Position numbers and translations under genes: made by a program
DNA from: Felis catus
Taxonomy: Eukaryota
Direction of reading: 5' to 3'
DNA: 64,000 nt
NCBI RefSeq assembly: GCF_018350175.1
Contig: NC_058368.1
Span: forward strand, 45,324,001-45,388,000
Shown: positions 38,010 to 51,867 of the stretch, one piece after another
How positions within the stretch are numbered: the first letter of the stretch is position 1
Layout: every line of letters begins with the position of its first letter
Notes under the pieces: model-generated
What the model was told of the DNA's origin: nothing
Database searches by the model: none
What the model saw: the letters and a program-made list of their open reading frames with translations, nothing else

Positions 38010-38225
38010 CTTTTTCCTCATGGTACTTACAATACATCAAAATTTGTAATTTTATTTGTATTGGTGCAGGTTTTCTTTCACAACCACCTCCAAGGCTAGA
38101 GTTTAAGCTTCAGATAGCAAGGACTCCAACCTTCTAATTCAGCGTTATGACCTCTAGCATGAATGAATGAATGAATCTAGTAAGTGGCATAATAGGGAAC
38201 TAAATTAAAATTGTTGGATGAAGTA
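38010..38225 (+). mobile_element. LINE-2 3' end
   Basis: CTAGAGTTTAAGCTTC...AAGGACT...GTGGCATAATAGGGAACTAAA...TTGTTGGATGAA. Confidence 0.55.
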
Positions 38226-39009
38226 ATTCAGTATTAATTCATCCTTACCTCCTGTTATCAACCTGATCATAACATATGGCATGCACCTGCCTTGACATAT
38301 ACACATAGATTCAAAACATATACAAACATGCTGCTGTATTCTTAAATATCTTAAATTTAATAATAGTTCATAACTGAGGAGTAAAAAATATTGTATATGA
38401 GAATACCAAAAAATAGATGTGGAAATATATTACTAATGATTAATATGAAATTTGAAAGTAATGGTATTAGAACAAAACAAGAGCTATCTCGCATCATTCT
38501 CTCCTGAAGAAAAGAACAGTTTCTCTGATATTTCAAAATAAAGGAATAAGATAAGTTACATTTTCAAGGATTTTTAAGTGCCTGAAAAATTATATAATAT
38601 GGTGAGTAACTTATATAGTGTATATTTTACCATCTTCATCCAGTATTCCTCCTCACAAACTATTAAAAGTCCTAGGTCACTTAAGAAATCTCCTACTTAT
38701 ATAATGTTTAAATGATACTATCCAAGTGAAGTAATCTTAAAACATGAATGAAGAGTTTTACATAATTTGAAAATCATATATTTGGATCTTCTATGAGTTC
38801 TAAAAATTCTTTACTGAATCATAAAGTTTTAAAAATGTCATATACCATAATAGTATGAGGTAATACTATCCATACATTGATAAATATATTACACTAAAAT
38901 GATTTCATCCACATTATTTTCATTGAGAGAATTACTCCTATAAAAACTGACATTTGCCTTAGACTTATTTCCAGAAATAAGACTGACAGGACAAGGTCTC
39001 CCTGTCAAC

Positions 39010-39230
39010 ATGGTGTGGTGGAAATGGCATTGCCTTTACAGTTAGAGGAACTTGGCTCTACTACAACCAGTTTTATGAGGCAAGATACCCTTGGGATTTC
39101 ACTATCTGGAATGTTATTGTGAAGCACTGCAGGTTTATTGTGAAGCCAGTATATATTATTACCACGGGAAATAGGGTTACCGAGGTGATGATGTCATATT
39201 AGTGAAAGTGCCTGGCAAGACAGAAAAAAT
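39010..39230 (+). mobile_element. MIR relic
   Basis: GGTGTGGTGGAAATGGCATTG head and GTGAAAGTGCCTGGCA end. Confidence 0.5.
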
Positions 39231-39397
39231 TATTTCCTACATGCTAATTTCCCACTCTCTCCTTTCTTTCGGTCCATCTTTTGAGTCACAAAATCATATT
39301 TACTGCTTATTAATAGAAAGTATTCCTTTTGGCACTTTAGTAAGGATGCATCTTCAAACTGATGTTTACCTTGACCAATTAAAACGATGGTGATATT

Positions 39398-39791
39398 CAA
39401 TGGAGTACTACGTGGCAATGAGAAAGAATGAAATATGGCCCTTTGTAGCAACGTGGATGGAACTGGAGAGTGTGATGCTAAGTGAATTAAGCCATACAGA
39501 GAAAGAGAGATACCATATGTTTTCACTCTTATGTGGATCCTGAGAAACTTAACAGAAACCCATGGGGGAGGGGAAGGAAAAAAAAAAAAAAGAGGTTAGA
39601 GTGGGAGAGAGCCAAAGCATAAGAGACTCTTAAAAACTGAGAACAAACTGAGGGTTGATGGGGGGTGGGAGGGAGGGGAGGGTGGCTGATGGGTATTGAG
39701 GAGGGCACCTTTTGGGATGAGCACTGGGTGTTGTATGGAAACCAATTTGACAATAAATTTCATATATTGAAAAATTAAAAATAATAATAAA
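39398..39791 (+). mobile_element. Young felid L1 (L1_Fc-like) 5'-truncated copy with intact ORF2 C-terminus
   Basis: 39400-39543 reads MEYYVAMRKNEIWPFVATWMELESVMLSELSHTEKERYHMFSLLCGS*; G-rich 3'UTR; perfect 17-bp TSD AAAACGATGGTGATATT at 39381-39397 and 39792-39808. Confidence 0.96.
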
Positions 39792-42256
39792 AAAACGATG
39801 GTGATATTAACATTATTTGGGAAAGGATGAAATGAATAGCATTATCACAGAAACACAATGTTCAGGCTTATTAGCCTGTGACCAAAACCATAAAAACATT
39901 TATATCAATTCTGTAGTATAAAGAAATATGCCTCCTTCCAGAGTCCCCAGGTTTCCCTAAGAGTCTTCCATGGTTGGGTACATTGATCACACATGTGAAG
40001 TTTTCAGTTTTCTGCTCCCAGCTCATCCTAAAATTACAATGTTACTGTCTTTTAGTTTTTTTGTTATTAATCCTAGTGATGTAACTTGTTCATTGGTGGA
40101 GGAATAATTCTAATGAGAACATCATTGGTGATAATGTGACTAATAATAATAGCTACATCTTGTAGCAGAGTTCTATTGAACCCCACATACTGTGATTATT
40201 TCATTTATTTCATTTATTATGCTGACATATAAGTAAATGTTTTGTGAAATTCTCAAAACCTATAACTCTCTGATTTCATATAATGGTAAGTGACAGGGCC
40301 AAAATTAAACAGATTTTTTTTTTCCTGATGTTAAAGGGCTTGGTAAAACCAACCAACAAAAAGCCAAAACAAAACAAAAACAAAACAAAACAAACAACAC
40401 CCACAACATGAGGAAAATATTGGAGAATAAGAAAGGCTATTCTATGCTCCAGGGCTTTGAGCATTAGGAACTCGTTTTTCGTATATTCCAGACGGGAAAG
40501 CATCCTCAGAGAATCACTAGCAATTTATTCCAGAAGGGGGAAAAGTTACAAAGTCAGTTATAGACAAAGACAAAAATACCCTCTTATGGAGAGGTGTTGG
40601 TAACTAATTTAAATGGTTAGTAAATATGTGGGCTCAAGATAAGAGAAAATGAACTTAAATGGCAAGATGTGGGAATAAATTCATGAGGCAAACTCAGAAA
40701 GGTCAAAATCTGTGAAATATCAAGGTCTTTTGCATTTTTCATGCATATTTATGCTAACCTTGAAAAAATAAGCAGTCTTTTGGATTAGAAATAGGTTTGG
40801 ACTGAGAATGGGTCAGAATAACTTTATCATATTTTTTCTTGGTTTAGGTATATTCTTATATTTTAAATTTTAAAAAGCTGTTTTATTTTCAAATTCCTCT
40901 GGCAGTGTTTTATTTTTGAATAAGGGATTTTTGGAAAACAATTAGAAAATGCCTTGCTACAGAATATTTCTCTGACTTTTGTTGACTTTGGCAAGGTAAA
41001 AATATAAGTATCCAGAATTATATTTACCCCAGAATTTATTACCAGGAGCTGTCATTGTACATTGAAGACTTTTAGCACAAAAGATGTGCTAAAATAATGC
41101 TCAGACCTCATACATAGTCACACACATCATTACTTACAGTTTTAAGAATCTTAAGTGCTTATATTTAAAAGCATGGCATCTAGTTTCTTTTTAAATGATT
41201 TCTTAAAATTACAGCTTTATTGTATATACTACCATTTCTGCAATAGTCATTTTAAGGTACTCTTCAAACACAACCCTTGGGTAATATTTTAAGAATCAGC
41301 TGACTGTGAATCCTAGAAAAACAGTAAAACTTTTCTACATTTATCCATTTTATTCTGTTAATAAAGCCTTTTTTGAAGAATCATAGAACTTAAGAACTTT
41401 AGAAAGAAAAGGACCACGGGAATTAGAAGTGAAATTAGTAAGATAAAAGAGAAAGTTTTTGGCAAGTCAGACACAAACTGATATTTTGTGGCCAGTTCAA
41501 ACCTCACTACTATATTCTTCTCCCTTGATTTGAACTTGTTTTTCAAATTTCCTTTTGAGAAAATGAGGTTCTATTATAACTGCTGATTGAGAATAAACAA
41601 GTATTCAGTATCAACTCCTAATGACTTGTTCACTCATTTGTGGAAATGATCGCAACATCACATAATGTTAAACAAAAGTTAGAATATACATCTACACCAC
41701 TTGAGCCTAGTTGCTGGTGAACTTACTGGAATGTATTTTTAAACAAAAAAACAAACAAAAATTCCGTTAATGTATACTTTCAGACATCATTAATGTGATT
41801 ATCTTTGTTCTTTACATTTAAACTCAAAGTGAAACAAGATGTAGAAAAACAGATTATTCTCTTCTGCTTAGTACTCTTCCTATTATTATTCTTCCTATTC
41901 TTCCTATTGTTCCTATTACATGCATGTGTTTTGATAAAGAACATTTTGTATTAAATCTGCTAATAGAAAAATAATTAATCCCAAAGCAACAGATGGTTAT
42001 TACTGTTTGCTTCTTGAAAGATCTCAATCTTCTTGTCAGCTCTCACTCTTTCTATACTTACCACCAATGCAATGGCCAAAGGCAGGGTGGGGGAGTGGGA
42101 ATTATCGTGACAATGACTTGTCAAGGTATGCTTAGGATAATTGGTATTCTTAATACAAATTGTAAATTGGTATTCTTATACCAATTGTAAAGGCGAAATA
42201 ATTGTCCTAGATAACATTTGTTATAATTTATTTCACTCTATAGCATAAACAGTAAA

Positions 42257-42751
42257 CAGATCTTCCTTGACCTAAGGTAGGGTTACATCATAGGTAGAAA
42301 ATGTCATAAGTAAAAAATGCATGTAATACCCCTAACTTACCAAATATCATAGCTTACTTTAGCCTACCTTAAACGTGCTCAGAATGCTAACATTAGCCTA
42401 CAGTTGAGCAAAACCATCTAACTCAAAGCCTATTTTATAATAAAGTGCTGAATATCCCATGGAAGCTATTGAACACTGTACTGAGGTACAAAATAGAATG
42501 GTTGTATGGGTACAGAATGGTTGTAAGGATATCAGTTGTTCACCCTGGTAATCATGTGGCTGACTGGGAGCTGTGGCTGGTGCCCTCTGCCCCTGCCAGC
42601 ATCATGAGAGAGGATGTTATCACAGTATCAATAGCCTGAGAAAAAAATCAATATTTAAAATTTGAAGTATGGTTTCTACTGAAGGTGTATTGGTTTTGTA
42701 CCATCACAAACTCAAAAAATCATAAGTCAGATTATCATAACTTGCAGTCTG
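42257..42751 (+). mobile_element. MER47-type (Tigger5-derived) DNA transposon
   Basis: CAG...CTG termini followed by TA; AGCCTACCTTAAACGTGCTCAGAA, CAAAGCCTATTTTATAATAAAGTG and GAAGTATGGTTTCTACTGAA match recalled MER47. Confidence 0.88.
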
Positions 42752-42769
42752 TACTGCAGTCTGTACTGT

Positions 42770-43150
42770 TTCACATAATATTAGCTGTTGTCACAGAGAA
42801 ACTCCAAAATCTTAGCAGCTGAAGTTTATGAAGTCCAAAACTTCTTGCGGCAGAGGCAAGAAGTAAGCTGTGCTCCATACCAGATGTTTGAGAACCAAGT
42901 AACAGAAGTTCTGTCATCAACGCATCCTCACACCTTGTGCTATCAGCATACAGCCAGGAAACATGAGAAGAGAATGCTTCCCAGATGAAGCTTCAAAGAT
43001 TGGGTCAGAGTTGGAAGTCTAATGTATCAGTTTGCCCCAATCTATTGGCTACAATTGTGTCATATGAAAGTGGGATCCCAGGGGGTAAGGGAGACAACTG
43101 CCCATTCTGTGTTACAAGTATTGTCTGTTGGTAGAATAGGGAGAGACCTC
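42770..43150 (-). mobile_element. MLT1-type MaLR LTR relic
   Basis: AGCTGTTGTCACAGAGAAACTCCAAAATCTTAGCAGCT...GAAGTTTAT and TGGAAGT...ATCAGTTTGCCC...CTATTGGC...GTCATATG. Confidence 0.55.
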
Positions 43151-43399
43151 TTACCATAATTACTTTGTATGAACACTTAACTCTTTTAGACTGGGCATAT
43201 ATCATTTCCTCATAATCAAAAAGCTATTTCATAAATACAAAATTTAATTGATTTAAAAATCTGAAGAAAAAAGAAATAAAGAGATTCAGCTTAAATATAG
43301 TTTATTTTATAGAGCCATTTCTGATCTCTCTCAGTATTCATATACCCCCAAACAATGAATGAGTCTCTTTCATGACATGATATATGACAGATTGAACCT

Positions 43400-43520
43400 A
43401 ATTATTGTTGAGACATCTCTAAACTAGGCACTCTGCTAAGCATTAAGTGTATTATCTTAATCTTCAAAGTAACTCTCTAAGGTGGGAGATTTTATTGTCA
43501 TCTTACAGATGAGGAATCAC
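43400..43520 (-). mobile_element. MIR relic
   Basis: CTAGGCACTCTGCTAAGCATT...AACTCTCTAAGGTGGG...TTACAGATGAGGAA. Confidence 0.75.
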
Positions 43521-45050
43521 ATGCATTTACGTAGACTATTTTGACTACTAGGACCAAGGTTCCAAGTTTTAGCTCCTGAAAACATATTGAGCACACAGAT
43601 TTTAAATATATATTTAATGAATCACTGAACTGACAAAATATATATATTCCACAATATCATTGAAGGGAGCGTAATTGTCTAGGCATTTCCATTTTATTCC
43701 CCTAAGTTCCCCAATGCCTGTCTTTTGGCTTCTGTCTTTTGGATGACTTGAGTACCATTAATTTATTTAAAAGTGTCTGGAATGACATTTACATGGCATA
43801 TTCTCAGTGGATTAAAAGGAAAAAGAGTCCACAAAGAGCAATCAGAATGAAAGGGGTGAACTTTTCAAATTTTACTCTCTACATGGCAAAACACATAGAA
43901 TAATACATTTACTAGTTAGAGAGTTCAGGCCACCTGGAGAATATTCTTGCAGAGTTAAAGACAAGGATTTATGGGTTAGATTCACATTTAGTATGGAGCT
44001 TGGAAGAAAGTGCGTGCGGCTGATAGGCTTCAGGTTTAACACCTTCCTCAGCCACTTAACATCCATATCCTATTCAACATTCTTTCAACTCTTCTCCTTA
44101 ATGTTTTTACCTGTCTATCTATTTCTATTTTTTCCTCCTTTTGTTTTTCACATCTTCTATCCCCAAACATGACTTTCTTAGGTCCATGGACATAAAGTCT
44201 TTCCTAAGAATAAAGAGCAAAAGGGAAACCCTTAGCTTTGTCTATTTGAATAAATTTGATTATTTTATGAATCTTTCACAAATCTTCTCATTCAGACTCC
44301 AATTCCAGGTTATGCAATACCCCGGCAGATGTGGTAGGCTGATATTTGGAAGAAATCAACCAGAGCTCATTTTTCTCAAAGTTTCCTTTTTTTCACCCAC
44401 TGTTCAAATAGCTAATAGGCTGTATATTATTTATCTTAGGAAAGAAATTTGTTCCTTCAAAAAATTAAAGAGAAGAAAGAGGGAGGGAGGGAGATGAAGT
44501 TCAGGGAAGAAAGTAGATGAGGGGCAGAAATAAAGGGAGGAAGGCAGAAATTAGAAAAGAGCCTGGGAGATCTTTAAGGAGATGACGATAGATATTTAGT
44601 GTCAGGAGAAACGAAAAGGAGATGAGAACAAGACCAGAGGGATCCATAAGATGTTCTTATTCTGTTTCTTGGGCAAAATGCTATAAAAGCACGATGTCAA
44701 TCGCCACCTTTCCTCCCTCCACAAAAAGAACATCTTTATATTTTTCATCCAGGCATAGGATACAATAGATTTCAATACCTTAGGATGACATCAATGCAGC
44801 AGAGAGGTCACTATAGCCCAAGATATGTTAAAGAAGCAGCAAGGAGAGGGATGGACTGGAAATGAGTGGCAAATGAGGATTTCTAGTTTCCTTCTATGAA
44901 CTAATGGCTTGAACTAAAACAGATTACTCATCTCCCCACTCCTCTAGCAACTACCTTAACAAAGAGGAGCTCAAAATAGATATGGATTTGAATTTTCTAA
45001 AAATTAAAGAATACTGTACATATTGCACAATTGAGAATCATTCCCATTAA

Positions 45051-45072
45051 TTTTTTTTAATTTTTATTTATT

Positions 45073-45116
<44 letters not shown>

Positions 45117-45272
45117 TGCGCAGAGAGGGGCAGAGAGAGAGGGAGACACAGAATCCAAAGCAGGTTCCAGGCTGTCAACACAGAGCCTGATGCGGGGCTC
45201 AAACTCATGGACCGCGAGATCATGACCTGAGCCAAAGTCAGATGCCTGATGGACTGAGCCACCCAGGCTCCC
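45051..45272 (-). mobile_element. Can-SINE with (GA)n tract
   Basis: 19-bp TSD TGAGAATCAT(T/A)CCCATTAA at 45032-45050 and 45273-45291. Confidence 0.96.
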
Positions 45273-45914
45273 TGAGAATCATACCCATTAAACTGAAAAA
45301 ATAAAAAAGATGTAGTAAGCTTGATGGACATACAAGCAAGGACTTTGCTATGCAGAGAAGTACGAGATAGTGATACCATCTACAGGGCTCTAAGTGTTAG
45401 CTGCCTTGTCTTACAAATGAACTACTCTTTGATTTGCAGAGTTATTATATCTGGACAAATAAAACTTTTAATAATGAAAGAGTTGCAAAGTGGCTTAAAG
45501 AAAAAGAACATATTTTTATCATGAAAATTATAGTAGCATTGTAGGACTATGAATCAGTTTTCATAGTGAGTGCATTGACCTCTGAGCCCTGAATGCCATC
45601 CACAGACACCTTCAAATCACTAACACATGGCTTACTTTAGGGATTTCATTGTACTTTGAGGGATCTGATTTTAACCAATTCTTAGACATGTCCTCTTGGT
45701 GAAGTTACCCAAATTTACATCTTAAGTTCCATCAATGCTCTTTATAAAGAAGTAGGTCCTTATAACTTATTTTTTTGACTAAGGAGACAACATGTCTTTG
45801 TGAATGTGAGAAAGAACATAAAGTTTTCTTTTGTTGTCAACAGTGAGATTTGTGTACATGCTTCATGCCTTTCAGTTGTTTACAGATGAAAAAGAGGACA
45901 TTTTAAAAGATACC

Positions 45915-45996
45915 TCAGCTTCAGTGAGCTGTAATTGACAAAATTGTGAGACATTTAAGGTGTGCAACATGATGATATATGTATTCATTGTGAAAG
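45915..45996 (-). mobile_element. Short L1MA-type 3' terminus
   Basis: CAGCTTCAGTGAGCTGTAATTGACAAAATTG...TTTAAGGTGTGCAACATGATG. Confidence 0.65.
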
Positions 45997-46031
45997 TAAA
46001 ATCTTTCAGATTGATGTCACTAAATATTATG

Positions 46032-46776
46032 CTATATTCCTCTGGTTTTACGTCACATACTTTTTTTTCATATAGTAAGATCACCAACTGAGATATATCT
46101 CATAGTCAGTGGCATCTTCCAATGGGGACTCCTGTCTAAGGCAACAGTCATGAAGTAGCTATTAATGATTGCACAAGTTCTTAAAATCACCAGCATCAAG
46201 ACTTACAGAATGAATGTTAGTAGCTTTGAGCAAAATCTTAAAGACGAGAACAGAGCACTAACCCTAGGGAAAGAAGTAATATGAAAAGGAAGGAGGGAAA
46301 GTAGTGATTTAGGAATGTGTTTAGAAATATTCCTAAAGCAGGAATCAAAAATTCTCTTGGCGTGCTTAAGTGCAAATGAGCTTCAGAACTTGGAATCGAT
46401 GGCTACTAGTTCCCTAAGGATTCCTTTAAAGTGTTGCAACACCAGTGTCCTTGATAGTACAGTCTTAGGTGGAAGAAAAACTGACATCAATGATTCAAAG
46501 TAGCACAGTATGTCAGAAGCATTTGATTCTAAATGGGGAAAAGATTTTGGAAATACCTTACCTAATTTGTTACAACTGTACTTCCTGTTTTTTTGTTTGC
46601 ATTCAAGCGATATGAGACAGTCTATATTTAAGTAGTACCGCATAGCTTATTTGATAAGTATAAAAAACACTGTCTCCATGTGGGTTTTTGTTCTGGTTTT
46701 GTTTTACCTTTGTTAGTCATATATCAATAGTGGAGCTTCCTAGAATTAATTGTGTCTTATATTTGTTGAAATATAA
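46032..46776 (+). mobile_element. Kanga-like (TcMar-Tc2) DNA transposon relic
   Basis: CCAGCATCAAGACTTACAGAATG, TTTAAAGTGTTGCAACACCAGTGTCCTTGATAGTACAG, GAAATACCTTA and terminal GTGTCTTATATTTGTTGAAATA resemble recalled Kanga1. Confidence 0.55.
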
Positions 46777-47097
46777 AATGTGTCTCTGTGTAAGGCTGAG
46801 CTAGGTCAATATATAGCATGTCTCTGTATATATTCATACCCACTGTTAATCTATATATAAGTAATCAATATATTTTATAAAGTACGATTGATAGTCTTTA
46901 AGTTATTTGGTAACTTAAGGCATGTGTTCTTAAAATTCCCTTTGGTTTCTTACATTATAAGCACTACAGCCAATAGAAAAAGTAAAGTTATACTACACAA
47001 GAAATTTCTAACCTTTATGTTTTTTTGAGTAGACCTGCTGCTACTGAAAACTAAGCATATTTTACAGGTTTATCCAGAGCCCATTTTGCCTAATCAC

Positions 47098-47620
47098 ATA
47101 TTCATTCATTAAGAAAGATTGATGTAAAAAGGAATCCAGTTCAGAATGTGTTGAGGACCTGCTAGACTTGGCACTGGGCTAAGGGTTAAAAATATACAGG
47201 TGAATATATAACATATAGTCCCAGATTTAAAAAATACACTCACAGATTGAAAGTGGAAATGGCGCACATCCCCCGTATTTCAGTGTGACAGAATGATGCA
47301 CCAACTCTTTTTGAATAAGGTGCTGCTTAATAACAGATACAGTACTATAGAAATTTGTCTCAGGATGAGAGTTATTGAGAGTCAGCGAGAACTCAGAGGA
47401 AACATTACAATGCATTGGTCGTGAATGATGAGTTAGCTTTCAGTGAAATGCAAAAGGTTGTTCCCGTAAAGAACATGAATAAAGGCAAGCGTGCGTGTTG
47501 AAGGAACAATTCATGTAACTGGCACGCAGGATACAAATAAAGCATTTTTGTACCTGAGGCTGGAAAAGTACATTTTTAAGGGACCTGAATTAGGGCCATA
47601 AACATTTTCCTCAATGTCCT
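47098..47620 (-). mobile_element. LINE-2 fragment
   Basis: TTCATTCATT tail, TTGAGGACCTGCTAG...GGCACTGGGCTAAGG. Confidence 0.55.
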
Positions 47621-48639
47621 TAGCAAAATTTTTTGTTAAACAAGCATTTTTTCAGTGATTTACATTTTTAAAATTTATTTTATCTCCCAATTGGAATTCA
47701 TTTTGCTTCTAGTTATCAGTCACTTTATATTAAAGTCATAAAAGGATATCATTTTGCATTCATCAAATTGTCAAATATTAGATAGTCTACAATACCTAGT
47801 ATTGGCGAACATGTGGAACACAGAAATAGGAAATCTCTGCAATCAGGTAAATACTTACTGTGGAAATTGTTTGAAGTCATATAGTGAAATTAAAAGTATG
47901 TGTACCTTTTTTTTTTAATTGTGGTAAGAATGCTTTTTAACTAATCATGTTTAACACAAACTCTAAGGGTGAATAAGAAGGGAGCCAGGCCAGAGTCTGG
48001 AAGTCAAATTAGAAATTTATTTCAGCTGTTGATGTTAAGAGGCCCTCAGGACAGAAATCAGAACTGCAATGAATTTAAAGAAGGAGTTATGTTAGGTACT
48101 GGAATCAACAAAAATTTGAAAGATGAGAAGCCTATCATGGCTGATTGATTATACAAGAGGAAGATAGATCTCCCACCTTTTGAAAACCATATTTCTACAC
48201 TTATTCCTATATTAATATGTAAAACAGATATGGGCAGCAGGGGGTGATTAATACATAATTCCTAGTAAAAAATCCATTTATCCCATAGTTCTTCCAGGAA
48301 TTAAAAACAGTCATTTTTTTTTTTAGTAGAAATCACCTGGATGATTGTCACTAGTCATTACTTCATTTTCCCTGTCTATAATACAGGTTGGCATATTTTC
48401 AATTTACTTTATAAAATGAATTTACAGAAATAAATGCAATTTTATGGTGCTATTGTCTTTGTTATGGAGGAAAAAATAGGCAAGAAAATAATCAAACTAA
48501 ATTTTAACTACAAATTTATCTGAAAAAAAGGTAAAACACTTTTGGGCAACACAGGTGTTGGACAAAGCAGCAGGTGTATTTTAATAAAAATTCCTTTTTC
48601 CAGGCATTCACATCAATGTATGTTCAGGTAAGGCAACTG

Positions 48640-48790
48640 TTACTAGGCCAATTTTTTAATGGGTAAGGAAAATAATTCCCCTGGAGGTTAAGTCAATGAG
48701 CAATAGCCTTAGACAGCCAGTAAGTGGTAGATCTCGGAACTAGGATTCAGTTTTAAAAGCCACTATAAAGCATTTGTTCCACTAAGTCAC
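48640..48790 (-). mobile_element. MIR relic
   Basis: GAGGTTAAGTCA...CAGCCAGTAAGTGGTAGA...GAACTAGG. Confidence 0.5.
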
Positions 48791-51063
48791 ACATAATAGT
48801 ACATGTCTTTCCTGTGGGCCAGAGCTAACTATCTGAAAACATGTGTGAAACATCTTTACTTATGTGGGTTGTTTTCTTTATGCTACTGAGGAATGCATAT
48901 ATTTTATTTTCTATACAAGTAAAAAAGGTCATAAATTGTTTCTTGGTCAGTAAAATGTGTTCTTTTGAGATATATTCACATGCAGCATTTATTATTCTAT
49001 TTGAGGTTTAGAACATCATTTTATTTTAATGTATTTTAATAAAACTACTATTGCAAGATACCTTTCTGTGAACAAAGGCTAATTCAAGGTCTATGTAATG
49101 CAGTATTTAATTTCTACTGTATTTATTTCCGACTCCCTTTGGGGCTTCTAATTTCATTTCCTAGGACATAATTTTTTTTCATTATATATGGACACTTTAT
49201 TTGAGGCAGTAAAGTGCATATTTACTACAGCTACTGTTTTCCCATTGGTGATCTTGGTCTAGTATCGTGGAGCGTTTGATTGTTTTTGTCCCTCTGAGTA
49301 AATAAGGGAAGCACTCCATCTCTCAAGAAAACTCATAAACCTGACTCCTTTTAAAAGTGAGCTCATCCTATAAATCTCTTCTAGTCCATCGCAATCTCCT
49401 ACATTGTTCTTTAGACTGATAACTGTACACTCTCAACATAAAAAAAAAAAAATGCAGTGTGTACTTACTAAGAAAGAAGGTGTTTGAGAGATTTAGTTCT
49501 AAAATTTATATTCATCTCATATTGTTCAAGAAAATAAATGGCATGAGAAGTGTGATTTCTAACATCATGAGCACACTTGGAGAGTTCTTAATAAAAACAA
49601 TGTGACAATAGGAAGTGCTTTGTCCTTTGTTGGTTTTGCTAGAAGGAAAATGCTTTAAACTGGTTTCCACCATCCTTGTATTCAGGTAATGTAACGGTTA
49701 CATAGATTTTAAAGGATATATAACAATCCTTATCAAGTAAAACTTGCCATAAACCAAATCTATACTTGAGGCTTGTTGTGACTTACATGGATTAGTGATC
49801 TGCAGATACTTTCAACGTTATTATGAAGAGATTACCTATTTTGCCTTTGGGTTTATGAATCTGGAGTTTTTATTATGAATTTGGCAATATGGAAGAAATT
49901 AGTGAGTCAGGAGGACTCTGACGTCTCCAGTCACTGTCCAAGAAAGCATGGATTGCCACTTCTGGGGATTCCAAAGCATTGCAGTCAAATGTAAAATATA
50001 CTCCCTCTTAATCATTACTGTTTTAAAAGACTTGTGCAACTTACTCAAGAGGTGGAAGAGATTCTTAAAGATGTCTAGTAGAAGTTTGTGACAACATCTA
50101 CCTGAAACTAGTAAAGAAAGGATTTCTAGAACAAATCACTTGCTCTCAGGTAAGGCATTGCAGCTGAATTTTCTGCCTTTAAATTGAAATGTGAATGTTC
50201 AGTAAGACTTGTGTGAGATTTCTTTCATTCACTGCAACTCAAGTGGTAGAAATCCTAATGCTATTTACAAGGTTAATCAGAGAACACCAAACATTGTTTA
50301 AACCTTTCATGAATATATAATTGTATTATTGAATGAATGGATGAATGGGTATAGGTGTTTGTGTGTAGTATAATTAACCCAGATCATTGAATCATCACCC
50401 TTTTGAGTCCTCTGTCTTTACTCCCTATGTATTCTACTAAAATTATGTTTATACATCTATCCCAAGTAAACTATGTATCTTAAATACAGTTCTATCTATC
50501 TAACTATCATCTGTCATTTCTAGATGTATATTTTCATTTTTGTAGCACTAGCACTTAACACTGTTTATTGTGAAAGTCACACTTCAAAAGTATCAATCAG
50601 AATTAATAATTGTATTCAATTATATTCCCCATATTTTGAAAAATTAGACATTCAGTAAGATGGCTATGTATTTATTATTTCTTTTGCATTTAAAGTTTTG
50701 GGAAAATGAGCCATTTGTGTTATCAAATATTAAACAGTTTGTGATAAGAGTGTATGTTTTTGAGGGAGACTTGAAAATTAGTTTCATATCTTCAAGGCAG
50801 AAACCACTTCAATGAAACTTTTAACCTCTTATAAAAAGAATTGAGGTGAATTCCAAACAGATGTTTGGTCACTGTTTCTGAGCTTCTGATTCTTTGTTAA
50901 GACACCTCTAGGAGCAATAAATTTCATCACATCCATATACTCTAGACACAAAATCTCTGTAGTAAAATTTTGCTGGATAACCTGAGAGATAATCTTTTAA
51001 CTAATTTGTAGAATTGTTTAAATTGTATAAATAAACTGTACTTTATTAAGAAACAAAGATTTA

Positions 51064-51272
51064 GGGGTGCCTGGGTGGCTCAGTTGCTTAAGCTTCTGAC
51101 ATCAGCTCAGGTCATGATCTCACGGTTTGTGGGTTCAAGCCCTGTGTCAGGCTCAGACTCTGTGCTGACAGCTCAGAGCCTGAAGCCTGTTTCAGATTCT
51201 GTGTTATCTCTCTCTCTACTCCTCCCCCACTCAGGCATAATAATTAATGAATAAACATTAAAAATGTTTTAA
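51064..51272 (+). mobile_element. Can-SINE (lacks most of the CT tract)
   Basis: TSD AAGAAACAA(A/G)GATTTA at 51048-51063 and 51273-51288. Confidence 0.95.
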
Positions 51273-51867
51273 AAGAAACAAGGATTTAAATGAAATCAGT
51301 GAGGAATCCAAGAATAAGATTCCTCAGCAATGGGACAATTATCCAACAATCAATGATTGCCAAATGCCTCTGAGTTCTTATACTTTGAATACTCAGATGA
51401 TCTCCTCTGTCCAGCTTGGCAAGCATCACAAATATTTGCAGTTGTCACATAATCTCACCATCAGAATCCATCGGGAAAAAAACATATTTCCTTTCTCAGA
51501 AAATACAATTCTATAGATTTTATTATTCCCCTTCAAAAATTATTACCTAAATAAGCATTATTCTTGATAAAGTAGAATGTATTTAATAACTATTCTTACT
51601 TTTGAGCATCAAAAAGAAAAGGTCGTAATCTATAATTTGCAAAGATGATGACATATTTTCCTCTGGCCAAGCTGTTGCCCAGCACAGTTACATCACCGTG
51701 CTGACACAGACATTTTTGATATAACATGGAAGAATAGGAGCGACTTAGGAATACAAAACCTGATAATCAAAAAGGACTGGAGCTCAATTTTATATTTATT
51801 AAAAATTAACATGTATAAATAAATCTTATCTCAATGCTAATTGGGTGTGAATTCTTTGGAAACTTTT

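Noticed and set aside
42788..42988. Protein-like 66-aa ORF with a plausible 66-nt AG...GTAAGC exon (42797-42862)
   Set aside because: It lies within an MLT1-like LTR relic, has a weak pyrimidine tract and shows no recognisable homology.
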